A DNA stretch of 51,159 bases from Chiloscyllium plagiosum (taxonomy: Eukaryota). Of this stretch, positions 50,171 to 51,159 are shown piece after piece (the stretch's first letter is position 1; each line of letters starts with the position of its first letter). Both the position numbers and the translations under genes were made by a program. The stretch lies in the NCBI RefSeq assembly GCF_004010195.1, contig NC_057718.1, positions 28,907,049 to 28,958,207 of the forward strand. Direction: 5' to 3'. The notes under the pieces were generated by a model, which saw only the letters and a program-made list of their open reading frames with translations, had not been told where the DNA came from and searched no databases.

Positions 50171-51159
50171 ATCCCCGCCCCCACACCCAGCTCCAGCCCC
50201 ACACCAGGTCCTAGCTCCCAGCCCTGCCGTGTTTTCACTATCCCTCCAGACCTACCCCTCTCTGCGGATGAAAGATCAGTCCTCAGCAGAGGCCTCACCT
50301 TCATTCCCCTACGCTCTCGGATTAATGAGTTCAACACGCGGCGTGACATCAAACAATTCTTCCGCCGGCTTCGCCTCCGTGCCTACTTCTTTAACTAAGA
50401 CTCTCGCCCACCTTCTGACGACCCCTTCTCCCGCCTCCAACACACCCCATCCACCTGGACACCCCGTGCTGGCCTCCTACCTGCCCTCGACCTCTTCATA
50501 GCCAACTGCCGCCGCGATATTAACCGCCACCTGAACTCCCCCACCCCTCTCACCCACTCCAACCTCTCACCCTCGGAACGCGCAGCCCTCCACTCACTCC
50601 GTTGCAACCCCAACCTCACTATCAAACCAGCAGACAAGGGAGGCGCGGTAGTAGTTTGGCGCACCGACCTCTACACCGCTGAGGCCAAACGCCAGCTCGC
50701 AGATACCTCCTCCTACTGCCCCCTCGACCATGACCCCAGCCCCCACCACCAAACCATCATCTCCCAGACCGTCCATAACCTCATCACCTCGGGGGATCTC
50801 CCATCCACCGCCTCCAACCTCATAGTCCCACAACCCCGCACCTCCCGCTTCTACCTCCTGCCCAAAATCCACAAACCTGACTGCCCCGGCCGACCCATTG
50901 TCTCCGCCTGCTCCTGCCCCACCGAACTCATCTCCGCATACCTTGACACCGTCCTGTCCCCCTTAGTCCAAGAACTCCCCACCTACGTTCGGGACACCAC
51001 CCACGCCCTCCACCTGCTCCATGATTTTCGCTTCCCCGGTCCCCAACGCCTTATCTTCACCATGGACATCCAGTCCCTGTACACCTCCATCCCCCATCAC
51101 GAAGGACTCAAAGCCCTCCGCTTCTTCCTTTCCCGCCGTACCAACCAGTACCCTTCCAC
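50171..51159 (+). mobile_element. Young 5'-truncated Penelope-like element, RT ORF running off the window end, antisense in the last TTC7A intron
   Basis: One frame gives RVFTIPPDLPLS..VLSRGLTFIP..IKPADKGGAVVVW..FYLLPKIHKPDCPGRPIVS..FTMDIQSLYTSIP with a single premature TAA at 50396-50398. CpGs are retained. Confidence 0.92.

Overview
Repeat-rich vertebrate genomic DNA, almost certainly from a shark: it carries HE1/V-SINEs with (TCTAA)n tails, shark-type CR1 tails and Penelope-like elements (PLEs). A carpet/bamboo shark is likely, but that is inference. The only host coding sequence I can support is the terminal coding exon of a TTC7 gene on the minus strand (47629-47850), most likely TTC7A. 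The rest is its last intron, a probable long 3' UTR and about 38 kb of intergenic DNA. That DNA holds nested CR1, Rex/Babar, PLE, SINE, Harbinger and Gypsy relics. The most notable structures are four. (i) A Gypsy element with both LTRs (PPT, decayed PBS, AGATA target-site duplication, TSD) sits in sense orientation about 770 nt after the TTC7A stop, with both LTR poly(A) hexamers disrupted. (ii) Hammerhead-ribozyme motifs occur in at least two PLE families, with a compensatory stem change visible inside the window. (iii) A decayed tRNA-Trp(CCA) copy lies directly upstream of an HE1 SINE, and both sit inside a PLE. (iv) Several PLE insertions form long inverted repeats with clean TSDs. I found no evidence for a wholly new multi-gene system. 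Family names come from recalled consensus sequences, not from database searches.
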